DNA of 55,506 nucleotides, taken from NCBI GenBank assembly GCA_017860005.1, contig JAFNAE010000002.1, forward strand, positions 1 to 55,506. Direction: 5' to 3'. The notes below the pieces were generated by a model. The model saw only the letters and a list, made by a program, of their open reading frames with translations, was not told the DNA's origin and made no database searches. Shown in pieces: positions 46,606 to 55,506 of this stretch. The position numbers and the translations under genes were made by a program. Source of the stretch: Acidobacteriota bacterium (GTDB lineage: Bacteria > Acidobacteriota > Thermoanaerobaculia > Multivoradales > JAGPDF01). The stretch's first letter is position 1; each line of letters begins with the position of its first letter.

Positions 46606-47226
46606 ATGACGATCCCGTTCGCGAGGGCCCATGCCATGCGGACCGAGCCCGAGCCACCCGACTCCCCGCCCGGCGCGGCGCTGCCGGAAGACGAGGCCGC
46701 CCTCGTCGCGGCGGCGCGCGCCGGGCGGCGCGACGCCGCCGAGCGGCTGGCGGCGGAGAGCTACGAGAAGCTCTTCGCCGCCTGCTGCCGGATGACCGGC
46801 GACCCCGACGCCGCCGCCGACCTCGTCCAGGAGACCTACCGAAAGGCGTGGCGGGCCCTGCCCGAGTTCCGGGGCGCGAGCCGCTTCTCGACCTGGCTCT
46901 TCCGCATCGCCTTCACCACCCATCTGAAGAACGTGCGCCGGCCGCGGCTCGTGCTGCCGATCGACCCCGCGCTCGAAGCCGCTGCCGCCGATTCCGGGCC
47001 CGGCCCCGAGCTCGAGGCGGCGCGGCGCGAGCGCAACGAGCGGCTGCGCCGCGCCGTCGCCGCGCTGCCCGACGTCCTGCGCTTCGCGGTCACCGCGCAC
47101 TATTGGGGCGAGATGCCGGTGCGCGAGATCGCCGTCGCCGAGGGGATCACCCCGGTCGGCGTCCGCAAGCGGCTGGCCAGAGCCTTCCGGCAGATCGCCG
47201 GGGCGCTCGAGGAGAGGACCCGATGA
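46606..47226 (+). CDS. ECF (group 4) sigma-70 family sigma factor (206 aa)
   Basis: ATG with AAGGGGG upstream. Region 2 (DLVQETYRKAWRALPEFRG ... FSTWLFRIA) and region 4 (EMPVREIAVAEGITPVGVRKRLARA). Confidence 0.9.
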   Translation: MTIPFARAHAMRTEPEPPDSPPGAALPEDEAALVAAARAGRRDAAERLAAESYEKLFAACCRMTGDPDAAADLVQETYRKAWRALPEFRGASRFSTWLFRIAFTTHLKNVRRPRLVLPIDPALEAAAADSGPGPELEAARRERNERLRRAVAALPDVLRFAVTAHYWGEMPVREIAVAEGITPVGVRKRLARAFRQIAGALEERTR

Positions 47227-49547
47227 ACCGCCTGAACCGGACCCACCGCCGCGAGCTCGAGCGCGAGCTGCGCGACCTTCCGACGCCCCCCGCGCCGCCG
47301 GCCGGCCTGCTCGACCGCATCCGCGAGGAGATCCCCGCCGACCTCGGCACCGACGCCGCGCACCGGGCCTCCGGAGCGCGCCGCCCCTGGCACGCCACGG
47401 CCGGCTTCCGCCTCGCCGCGACGATCGCGATCGCCACCGTCGGCGTCGCCCTCGCCTACCGCACCCTGAACCGCCCCGCAGGGGACGCCGAAGGCGAGGC
47501 AGCCCCGCCGCCTCCGGCACAGGCCGAATCCCGCAGCGCCTTCCAGGAGACGTCGCCCAGGGTGGTCGCCGAGAGCGAAGCCGTCGTGGCGCCCGAGGCC
47601 AAAGACGAGAAGCTCTCAGATAGGGGCCTGACTCCGGGACGTCCGCGGGTCGAGGAGTCGACTGTGACGCCGTTCGAGGGCGAGGCGGATTCTCGCCTCG
47701 ACCTCGCCACCGGCGCCGCGCCCGCCCCCACCCCCTCTTCTATGGAGTCTTTGGGGCAAGGACGCCGCCAGACGGTCGAGGCCGGCGAGGACGTCGCCGG
47801 GTCGGCGGCCGCTGTCGCCGCCGCCGCCGACGCGGAGCTGCGCCGCGCGAACGAAGCGCCGGCGCCGCGCGAGACGGCGACCGCGGCTCCGGCCGCGCCG
47901 GCCGGCCCCTCCGCGCAGACCGCGCGCGGTGCCGAGCCGGAGCGGGCGCGCGCGGAGATGGGTTCCCGGCTGGCCAAGAAGCGGGTGGCCGGGGAGGCCG
48001 ACGCCGCCGCGCCGTCAGGCGGATCCGAGGAGCAGCTCCGCTCCCTCGGCTACGTGGGCGGGCGCGCCCCCGCCGCCGCGCCCTCGACCGGCGGCAGCGC
48101 CGAGCCGCTCGACCGGCCGGTGGGCGACATGTTCTTCCGGCCGACCGGCGTCAACCCGTTCGTCGACAGCGCCGAGGACCGCCTGTCGACCTTCGCGCTC
48201 GACGTCGACACCGGCTCCTACACCCTCGCGCGCTCCTACCTCGAGCGCGGCTCGCTGCCGCCGGCCGAGGCGATCCGGGTCGAGGAGTTCGTCAACGCCC
48301 AGCGCTACGAGGATCCGGCGCCGCGGCGCGGCGAGTTCACCCTCACCGCCGAGGGCGCGCCCTCGCCGTTCGCGCCCGGCGAGCGCTACCGCCTGCTCCG
48401 CTTCGCGGTGCGCGCCCGCGACGTGGCCGCCTGGCAGAGAAAGCCGGCTGTGCTCACCTTCGTGGTCGACGTCTCGGGCTCGATGGACCGGGAGAACCGG
48501 CTCGGGCTGGTCCAGCGCGCGCTCGGACTGCTGCTCGACGAGCTCGCGCCCGAGGACCGCGTCGGCCTGGTCGTCTACGGCTCGAACGGCCGCGTCCTGC
48601 TCCCCCACACGCGCGACCTCGAGGCGATCCGCGACGCCGTCGCGCGCCTCGTGCCCGAGGGCTCGACCAACGCCGAGGAGGGGCTGCGCCTCGGCTACGA
48701 CCTCGCCGACCGCGGCTACCGCGCGGGCGCGATCAACCGCCTGATCCTCTGCTCCGACGGGGTCGCCAACGTCGGCGCCACCGGCCCCGAGTCGATCCTC
48801 GCGCGCATCGGGCGCGAGGCACGGCGCGGCATCGAGCTGACCGCGGTCGGCTTCGGCATGGGCAACTACAACGACGCCCTGATGGAGCAGCTCGCCGACC
48901 AGGGCGACGGCGCCTACCACTACGTGGACACCCTCGACGAGGCGCGCAAGGTGTTCGTCGAGAACTTGACCGGCACGCTCCAGACGGTGGCGAAGGACGC
49001 CAAGGTGCAGGTCGAGTTCGAGCCCGCCGCGGTCGATCGCTGGCGCCTGCTCGGCTACGAGAACCGCGACGTCGCCGACCGCGACTTCCGCAACGACCGC
49101 GTGGACGCCGGCGAGGTCGGGGTCGGCACCGCGGTGACCGCGCTCTACGAGGTCCGCCTCGCCCCCGGCGCGACCGGCGCCGACCGGCTGGCGACGCTCC
49201 GGCTGCGCTGGAAGAGCGTCGACGGCGGACGCGTGGCCGAGGCCCACCAGGATCTCGCGGTCGCCGACCTCGGGCGCTCGTTCGCCGGCGCCAGCCGCGA
49301 CCTGCGCGTCGCGGCGGTCGCCGCCGAGCTCGCCGAGCGGCTCAAGCAGAGCTTCTACGCGCGCGAGGGCGGCTGGCACGACCTCGTCGCCGAGGCGCGC
49401 GAGATCGCGCGCGACTTCCGCCGCGAGCGCGAGGTCGCCGACCTCGCCACCCTGGTCGAGCGCGCCGCCCGCCTGGCGGGCACGCCGCCCGAGCGGGGCG
49501 ACGACGAGCCGCGCCGCCCCGAAGAGGACCCCGAGCGCGAGCGCTGA
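47223..49547 (+). CDS. Single-pass membrane protein: anti-sigma-like N-terminus fused to a YfbK-type von Willebrand factor A module (774 aa)
   Basis: ATGA overlap with the sigma gene. A short cytoplasmic N-segment, TM helix (FRLAATIAIATVGVALA) and long low-complexity linker. Then NPFVDSAEDRLSTFALDVDTGSY, vWA MIDAS (VVDVSGSMDRENRL ... GSTNAEEGL ... LCSDGVANVG) and a C-terminal DUF3520-like region. Confidence 0.8.
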   Translation: MNRLNRTHRRELERELRDLPTPPAPPAGLLDRIREEIPADLGTDAAHRASGARRPWHATAGFRLAATIAIATVGVALAYRTLNRPAGDAEGEAAPPPPAQAESRSAFQETSPRVVAESEAVVAPEAKDEKLSDRGLTPGRPRVEESTVTPFEGEADSRLDLATGAAPAPTPSSMESLGQGRRQTVEAGEDVAGSAAAVAAAADAELRRANEAPAPRETATAAPAAPAGPSAQTARGAEPERARAEMGSRLAKKRVAGEADAAAPSGGSEEQLRSLGYVGGRAPAAAPSTGGSAEPLDRPVGDMFFRPTGVNPFVDSAEDRLSTFALDVDTGSYTLARSYLERGSLPPAEAIRVEEFVNAQRYEDPAPRRGEFTLTAEGAPSPFAPGERYRLLRFAVRARDVAAWQRKPAVLTFVVDVSGSMDRENRLGLVQRALGLLLDELAPEDRVGLVVYGSNGRVLLPHTRDLEAIRDAVARLVPEGSTNAEEGLRLGYDLADRGYRAGAINRLILCSDGVANVGATGPESILARIGREARRGIELTAVGFGMGNYNDALMEQLADQGDGAYHYVDTLDEARKVFVENLTGTLQTVAKDAKVQVEFEPAAVDRWRLLGYENRDVADRDFRNDRVDAGEVGVGTAVTALYEVRLAPGATGADRLATLRLRWKSVDGGRVAEAHQDLAVADLGRSFAGASRDLRVAAVAAELAERLKQSFYAREGGWHDLVAEAREIARDFRREREVADLATLVERAARLAGTPPERGDDEPRRPEEDPERER

Positions 49548-49582
49548 GCCAGCTCGTCCCGGCGCTCCCGCATCCTCCGGGT

Positions 49583-49616
49583 CCCCGGTCCGGCGCTCTT
49601 CGGCGCCGGACCGGGG
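49583..49616 (+). terminator. Strong GC hairpin (14-bp perfect stem, 6-nt loop) between the vWA gene and the kinase gene; no U-tract
   Basis: CCCCGGTCCGGCGC (49583-49596), loop TCTTCG, then GCGCCGGACCGGGG (49603-49616). It could be an attenuator/terminator or a processing or stability element. Confidence 0.4.
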
Positions 49617-49630
49617 GTTAGGATCGCCGC

Positions 49631-51286
<1,656 letters not shown>

Positions 51287-51348
51287 CCGGCGCCGGGACC
51301 GGGCGCCGGCCGCCGACCCCCTCCGGACCCCCCGGGAGCCGGGCTTCC

Positions 51349-51362
51349 CTTTTCCGGAAAAG
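51349..51362. promoter_or_regulatory. Perfect 14-bp palindrome CTTTTCCGGAAAAG in the 229-nt region upstream of csp
   Basis: Read directly. It is unusually AT-rich for this window and is followed by TGTGAAAC. This is a candidate operator or 5'-UTR element. Confidence 0.3.
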
Positions 51363-51515
51363 TGTGAAACAGTCGCCGCGTCTGAGCAGTGAGAAGGCCA
51401 ACACCCCCTCCCAAATACCCCATCCCCATGATCGACTTTCGGGGCCACTTCCGGCCCCTGGCGGCGCCCGGCAGCACCGGTCGCGCCTCATAACACCGCA
51501 GCAAGGAGCAAAAGC

Positions 51516-51722
51516 ATGACCGAACAGGGCACCGTCAAGTGGTTCAACAACGAGAAGGGCTACGGCTTCATCACGCGCGAGAACGGTCCGGACGTCTTCG
51601 TCCACCACACCGCCATCCTCTCCGAGGGCTATCGCAGCCTCAACGAGGGTGACCGCGTGACCTTCGAGGTGGTGCAGGGCCAGAAGGGCCTCCAGGCCCG
51701 CAACGTCGTTCGCGCCTCGTAA
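51516..51722 (+). CDS. csp: Cold-shock protein, CspA family (68 aa)
   Basis: [34 protein letters not shown] carries the RNP1 (KGYGFI) and RNP2 (VFVHH) motifs. AAGGAG lies 7 nt upstream. Confidence 0.95.
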   Translation: MTEQGTVKWFNNEKGYGFITRENGPDVFVHHTAILSEGYRSLNEGDRVTFEVVQGQKGLQARNVVRAS

Positions 51723-51755
51723 GCCCGATCCCCGATCGGCGAATGCGCCCTGCCG

Positions 51756-51781
51756 GCCCCGCGGTCGGCGGGGCGTTTTTC
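51756..51781 (+). terminator. Rho-independent terminator after csp
   Basis: The 7-bp GC stem GCCCCGC/GCGGGGC (51756-51762 and 51768-51774) has a 5-nt loop. It is followed by G and then TTTTT (51776-51780). Confidence 0.7.
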
Positions 51782-51795
51782 GTCTGGAGCGACCC

Positions 51796-52263
51796 CTGCG
51801 CTACCTCGAGCTCGACCACCGCAATCCCGCCGAAGCGGAGCGCATCCGCCGCCTGACGAACGCCGCGTACCGCGTCGAGGGCGATCTGCTCGGCATCGAC
51901 GACTTTCCGCCGGCGCGCCGCACCGCGGCCGAGATCCGCGCCGCGGAGAGCCGCTTCGTGGGCTTCCTCGAGCGCGACACCCTGCTCGCGGCCGCCGAGC
52001 TCGAAGGCGCCGACGGCGACGCGCCGCACATCGCCGGCTTCACCGTGCACCCCAGCCTCTTCCGCCGCGGCCTGGGCACCGATCTGCTGCGCCGGGTGCT
52101 CGAGATCGTGGGCGCACGCCGCGTCACGGTCTCGACCGGCGAGGAGAACCTGCCCGCCATCCGCCTCTACGAGAAGCACGGCTTCCGCGTCGTCGAGCAC
52201 TGGAGCGCCCCGGGCAAGATCCCCATGGTCACCCTGGCGCGCGAGCCGGGCGAGAGCGGCTGA
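51796..52263 (+). CDS. GNAT-family N-acetyltransferase (about 155 aa), probably using a non-canonical CTG start
   Basis: The frame is open from 51661, but the first ATG/GTG/TTG is at 51958. That start would delete the N-terminal third of the GNAT fold (LRYLELDHRNPAEAERIRRLTNAAYRVEGD...). Motif A, FRRGLGTDLL, lies at about residue 89 of the long form. CTG at 51796 lies 6 nt after GGAG (51786-51789). Confidence 0.65.
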   Translation: MRYLELDHRNPAEAERIRRLTNAAYRVEGDLLGIDDFPPARRTAAEIRAAESRFVGFLERDTLLAAAELEGADGDAPHIAGFTVHPSLFRRGLGTDLLRRVLEIVGARRVTVSTGEENLPAIRLYEKHGFRVVEHWSAPGKIPMVTLAREPGESG

Positions 52264-52373
52264 GCCCGAGGTCGCGCCGGGAACAGCGTCCCCCTCCCTT
52301 CTGGTTCTCCGTAGCAGGCAGCTAGAGGGGATTCGTCGACGGGAGGCGAGGATCCTCGGACAGGAGCCGAGCC

Positions 52374-54311
52374 ATGAGCCGCTCCCACGGCGCGCTCGTC
52401 ATCACCCTGCTGCTCGCGGCCTCGGCGCCGGGCAGCGCCGTCATGAACGCCTCGAGCTGCGTTCCGCATCTCCTCGGCGCCGACCGGCGCGGCCCCGCCC
52501 GGGCGATCGAACTCTCGGGAGACCTCGCCTACCTGGGCTCCGGCGCCGCGCTCCAGGTCGTCGACGTCTCCGATCCGTGGCAGCCCCGGCGCCTCTCGTT
52601 CCTGAACCTCGACGGGGTCGTCATCGACCTGGCGCTGGGTGGGTCGATCGTCGTGGCCCTGCTACCGGGATCCCTCACCTTCGTCGACGTCTCCGATTCC
52701 TCGCGGCCCGTGCAGGTCGGCTCGTATCCGCTTCTGGAATCGCCCTTGATCTGGAGCGTCGAAGCGGCGGGCCACCTCGCATTCGTGCCCCGCGACACGC
52801 CAGGCGGGCTCCTGATCCTCGACTTCTCCGATCCCGCGCATCCGGCGGAGCTCGCGACGTTCGCCACCGCCTGGGCAAACGACGTCGCGATCCACGGCGA
52901 CCGCGCTTTCCTCTCCGGCGACGGTGGCCTCATCGTCCTCGACATCTCGGACCCGGCGCATCCAACGGAGGTCACGCGCGTCGATGTTGCGGGCGGCAGT
53001 CTCGCCCTCTCCCCGTCGGGAACCCGGCTGGTCGACTACGGCGGCGGCTGCGCACCGCACCACGACTGCGGATGGGCGCAGCTGGTCGACGTCGCCGATC
53101 CCGCCCACCCCGTGCTCCGGGAGACCCTCTGGTTCTCGGACACGATCGACTTCGCGGCCATCTCAGGCGGGCTCGCCTACCTGGTCGAGCCCTTCACCGA
53201 GAAAGTCTGGATCTACGACATCAACGATCTGGCGGCGCCGGTCCGGGTCGGGTCGCTCGAGGCGCGCGCGGCGCAGCTCGCTGCCGATCCCCCCTACCTT
53301 CACCTCGCGGCCGGGAAGGAGGGCCTGCAGATCTTCCGACTCCTCGACCCGGCCCGCCCGCAGGAGATCGGCGGGCTCGCGACGCCCGGCAGGACGTACG
53401 GCGGTTTCATGGCCGGCCCGTTCGCGGTCACCGTGCACGAGAAGGGGATCCGGACCTTCGATCTCTCGGACCCCGCCGCGCCGCGCCTGGCGGGAGCGCT
53501 CGTCGCCGAGGGACACCGGTTCGGGTCGATCGCGCGCACGGGAACGCACGCATGGGTGAGCACCTTCTCCGAGCCGATCCGCGTCTTCGACGTGTCCGAT
53601 CCCACCCACCCCGTGTTCGAGGCTACGGTGGGGCCGTCCACGTCCCAGGGCTTCGTGCTCGAAGGAGAGCTGGGGTTCGTCTATCGATACGAAGACGGCA
53701 GCGCGCTGACGATTCTCGACGTCGAGGACCCCGTGACCCCGGTTCCGCTCGCCTCCCTTGGCGACGCAGGAGCCTGGTGGAACATCTCGTCGACCGGCTC
53801 GCGTCTCTACGCATGGGATGGATGGTGGCAGTCCACGCTGAGGATCTTCGACCTCGCGGACCCGGCGGCGCCCGAGCTGCTCTCGACCACGACCGGCCTT
53901 CTCGAAGACGTCAGTCGTCCCCGGGGCGATCGCTTGTACTACGTCGGCGGGGACCTCCTCTCCGTCCTCGACGTTCGCGACCCCGCGCGCCCCGAGCCCG
54001 CCGGGAGTCTCCAGCTCCCGAGTGGAGTCAGCGGTCTCGAACTGCTCGGATCCCGCGCGCATGCGATGGCCGGTGGCGGTCACGACCTCGCGCGCGGCGA
54101 GATCTTCGTGGCCGACGCCGACGCGCCGGGCGGACCGTCGCTCCTCGGCCGCTTCGGGCTCGTCGGGCCGGGCTGGTCCACCTTCTTCGCGCCGGGCCTC
54201 CTCGTCGTCGCCGACGGGCCGGCCGGGATCTCGGTCTACGATTCCTGCTCGCCCTTCGTCGACGGCTTCGAGAGCGGCGACACGTCGGCGTGGAGCGAGA
54301 CCCGTCGCTAG
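52374..54311 (+). CDS. Secreted LVIVD-repeat beta-propeller protein (645 aa)
   Basis: AGGAG lies 7 nt upstream, and there is a signal peptide. More than 10 repeats of the (L/I)x(V/I)(V/L/F)D(V/I/F/L)SDPxxP type are present (LQVVDVSDPWQP, LIVLDISDPAHP, IRVFDVSDPTHP, etc.). Confidence 0.85.
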   Translation: MSRSHGALVITLLLAASAPGSAVMNASSCVPHLLGADRRGPARAIELSGDLAYLGSGAALQVVDVSDPWQPRRLSFLNLDGVVIDLALGGSIVVALLPGSLTFVDVSDSSRPVQVGSYPLLESPLIWSVEAAGHLAFVPRDTPGGLLILDFSDPAHPAELATFATAWANDVAIHGDRAFLSGDGGLIVLDISDPAHPTEVTRVDVAGGSLALSPSGTRLVDYGGGCAPHHDCGWAQLVDVADPAHPVLRETLWFSDTIDFAAISGGLAYLVEPFTEKVWIYDINDLAAPVRVGSLEARAAQLAADPPYLHLAAGKEGLQIFRLLDPARPQEIGGLATPGRTYGGFMAGPFAVTVHEKGIRTFDLSDPAAPRLAGALVAEGHRFGSIARTGTHAWVSTFSEPIRVFDVSDPTHPVFEATVGPSTSQGFVLEGELGFVYRYEDGSALTILDVEDPVTPVPLASLGDAGAWWNISSTGSRLYAWDGWWQSTLRIFDLADPAAPELLSTTTGLLEDVSRPRGDRLYYVGGDLLSVLDVRDPARPEPAGSLQLPSGVSGLELLGSRAHAMAGGGHDLARGEIFVADADAPGGPSLLGRFGLVGPGWSTFFAPGLLVVADGPAGISVYDSCSPFVDGFESGDTSAWSETRR

Positions 54312-54323
54312 CCGCGCCGCCGG

Positions 54324-55172
54324 TCAGTCCTTGCCACCCCGAGGGCGAAGGATGGGCGGGACGGCCGCCGGGTCGGTCTCGCGCAGGGCGAGCAGGCGCT
54401 CGACCTCGGACTTCCCGACCATGGGCGCGAAGGCGCCCGCGACCGCGCGGTGGAGCCGCTCGGTCAGCCGCTTGCGGTCTTCGTCGTGGACCGGCTCGGC
54501 GCCGAACACGATCTCGGCCTCGATCCGGTCCAGGCGCGCCAGCGCGCGCACGTGCGCTCCGAGCGGCATGTCGGCCCACCAGGTGACCGCGAGGTGGGTG
54601 GGCGGGCCGCCCGCCGGGGCGCGATAGGAGAGCGCCGCCCAGTGCACCGGGTGGCCGAGACGCGCCGGCAGCTCGAGCAGCGACGAGCGGAACGGCAGCA
54701 CCTCGTGGCCGGCGCCGGAGGTGCCCTCGGCGAAGACCACGATCCCCTGGCGGGCGGCGAGCATGCCCTCCATCTCGGCGATCACGCGCGTCACGTCGCG
54801 CCGGCTCGTGCGGTCGATGAAGATCGTGTTGACGGCGCGGCACAGGGCGCCGAACACCGGCCAGTCGTCGATCTCCGCCTTGGCCACGAAGACGCACGGC
54901 AATCGCGTGCCGAGCACCAGGATGTCGAGGTAGGAGACGTGGTTCGAGACCAGCACGAAGGGCGGCTCGGGCGGCGGCCCCGAGACCCGGACGCGCACCG
55001 CCAGGACGCGGCAGAGCGCGCGGCTCCAGGCCTGGAAGACGCGGCCGTGCCAGCGCGCGCAGGCCGTGGGCGAGAAGCCGAGCAGCCAGCCGCCGACCAG
55101 CGCCGAGAGGTAGCACGGGACGGTGATCGCGGCGACGCCGGTCAGCCGCGCCGCGGCCCGCAGGAAGCTCAT
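54324..55172 (-). CDS. PlsC-family lysophospholipid acyltransferase (282 aa)
   Basis: ATG at 55172, with an ATGA overlap onto the upstream ORF. N-terminal TM helix, and motifs VSNHVSYLDI, FIDRTSRRD and VVFAEGTS. Confidence 0.85.
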   Translation of the reverse strand: MSFLRAAARLTGVAAITVPCYLSALVGGWLLGFSPTACARWHGRVFQAWSRALCRVLAVRVRVSGPPPEPPFVLVSNHVSYLDILVLGTRLPCVFVAKAEIDDWPVFGALCRAVNTIFIDRTSRRDVTRVIAEMEGMLAARQGIVVFAEGTSGAGHEVLPFRSSLLELPARLGHPVHWAALSYRAPAGGPPTHLAVTWWADMPLGAHVRALARLDRIEAEIVFGAEPVHDEDRKRLTERLHRAVAGAFAPMVGKSEVERLLALRETDPAAVPPILRPRGGKD

Positions 55173-55506
55173 CGCGCCGGATCCTGCCCCGACCGGCGAA
55201 TCGCGGGCACCCCGGTCACCAGCAGCGGCAGACCGCCGAGGCGCAGGACCTCGCCCTCGACTTCGACCGGCTCCGCGACGAGGTCGAGCAGCTCGCGGCC
55301 GAGCGGCCGGCCGTCGGGCGTGACCAGGAGCAGCACCCAGGCCTCCCCCGCCGCCGTGCGCGCCACCAGCGCGGCCGGCGAGCCGCCCGAGATGCAGCGC
55401 ACCGCGCAATCGCGATGGCTCTTGCCGTCCCCCGGCTTCATCACGCCCAGGTAGCACTTGGAATCGACCACCTCGCCCCGCAGCCGGCGACGGCCGAGCG
55501 AGGCCA
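55169..55506 (-). CDS. Hypothetical protein with a CYLGVMKPGDGKSHRDCAVRCISGG Cys/His motif; 5' end probably truncated by the window edge
   Basis: The frame stays open upstream of the GTG at 55471 as far as the window end (... ASLGRRRLRGE-VVDSKCY). Translationally coupled to the acyltransferase gene. Confidence 0.5.
   Translation of the reverse strand, partial: ASLGRRRLRGEVVDSKCYLGVMKPGDGKSHRDCAVRCISGGSPAALVARTAAGEAWVLLLVTPDGRPLGRELLDLVAEPVEVEGEVLRLGGLPLLVTGVPAIRRSGQDPAR

Noticed and set aside
52347-52358. A 12-nt palindrome, CGAGGATCCTCG, in the leader of the LVIVD-repeat gene.
   Set aside because: It is short, has no supporting context, and could easily arise by chance. It is recorded only as a possible minor 5'-UTR hairpin.

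Overview
Very GC-rich bacterial chromosome segment (about 70-75% GC by eye, not computed) from a diderm organism, as shown by a TonB-dependent receptor, an OprO/P-type porin, Lnt and a SPOR protein. I could not assign a phylum. I support about 46 protein-coding genes. They are tightly packed, and many are joined by 4-nt ATGA/GTGA start/stop overlaps. I found no rRNA, tRNA, CRISPR array, transposase, integrase or phage gene. Most long ORFs in the six-frame track are R/A/G/P-rich shadows of real genes on the opposite strand or in another frame.

Gene content, in order:
- 56-8370 (minus): sulfate-uptake operon cysA::USP, anion porin, sbp, cysT, cysW, sensor kinase, response regulator.
- 8470-12718 (minus): glutamate/dicarboxylate symporter, then a large lipoprotein nuclease/phosphatase.
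- 12794-16890 (plus): membrane PP2C phosphatase, a Cys-rich secreted protein, and an OprC-like TonB-dependent receptor.
- 16912-27703 (minus): class II photolyase, two tandem kup paralogues, pnuC, a CoA-type NUDIX hydrolase, and a glycosyltransferase/membrane-protein module.
- 27767-30462: class V aminotransferase (plus), then a small basic protein and prfB with its programmed +1 frameshift (both minus).
- 30625-35160 (plus): small membrane protein, kinase-like::methyltransferase, and LtaS/sulfatase-like transferase.
- 35157-39665 (minus): lnt, SPOR protein, stomatin, nfeD.
- 39816-43248 (plus): DinB-like, NRDE (TANGO2 family), DedA::ATP-grasp and a secreted protein.
- 43255-46553: OlsB-like N-acyltransferase (minus), then a small hypothetical, a Rieske::flavoprotein fusion and a YdeI-like protein (plus).
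- 46606-51286 (plus): ECF sigma, anti-sigma::vWA, and a zinc-ribbon Ser/Thr kinase.
- 51516-55506: cold-shock protein, a GNAT with no canonical start codon and an LVIVD-repeat protein (plus), then a PlsC-type acyltransferase and a truncated Cys-motif ORF (minus).

The best candidates for undescribed biology are the DinB/NRDE/DedA::ATP-grasp cassette, the Cys-rich protein paired with the OprC-like receptor, and the kinase-like::methyltransferase plus LtaS-like envelope module. All functional calls come from motif recognition by eye, with no database search.
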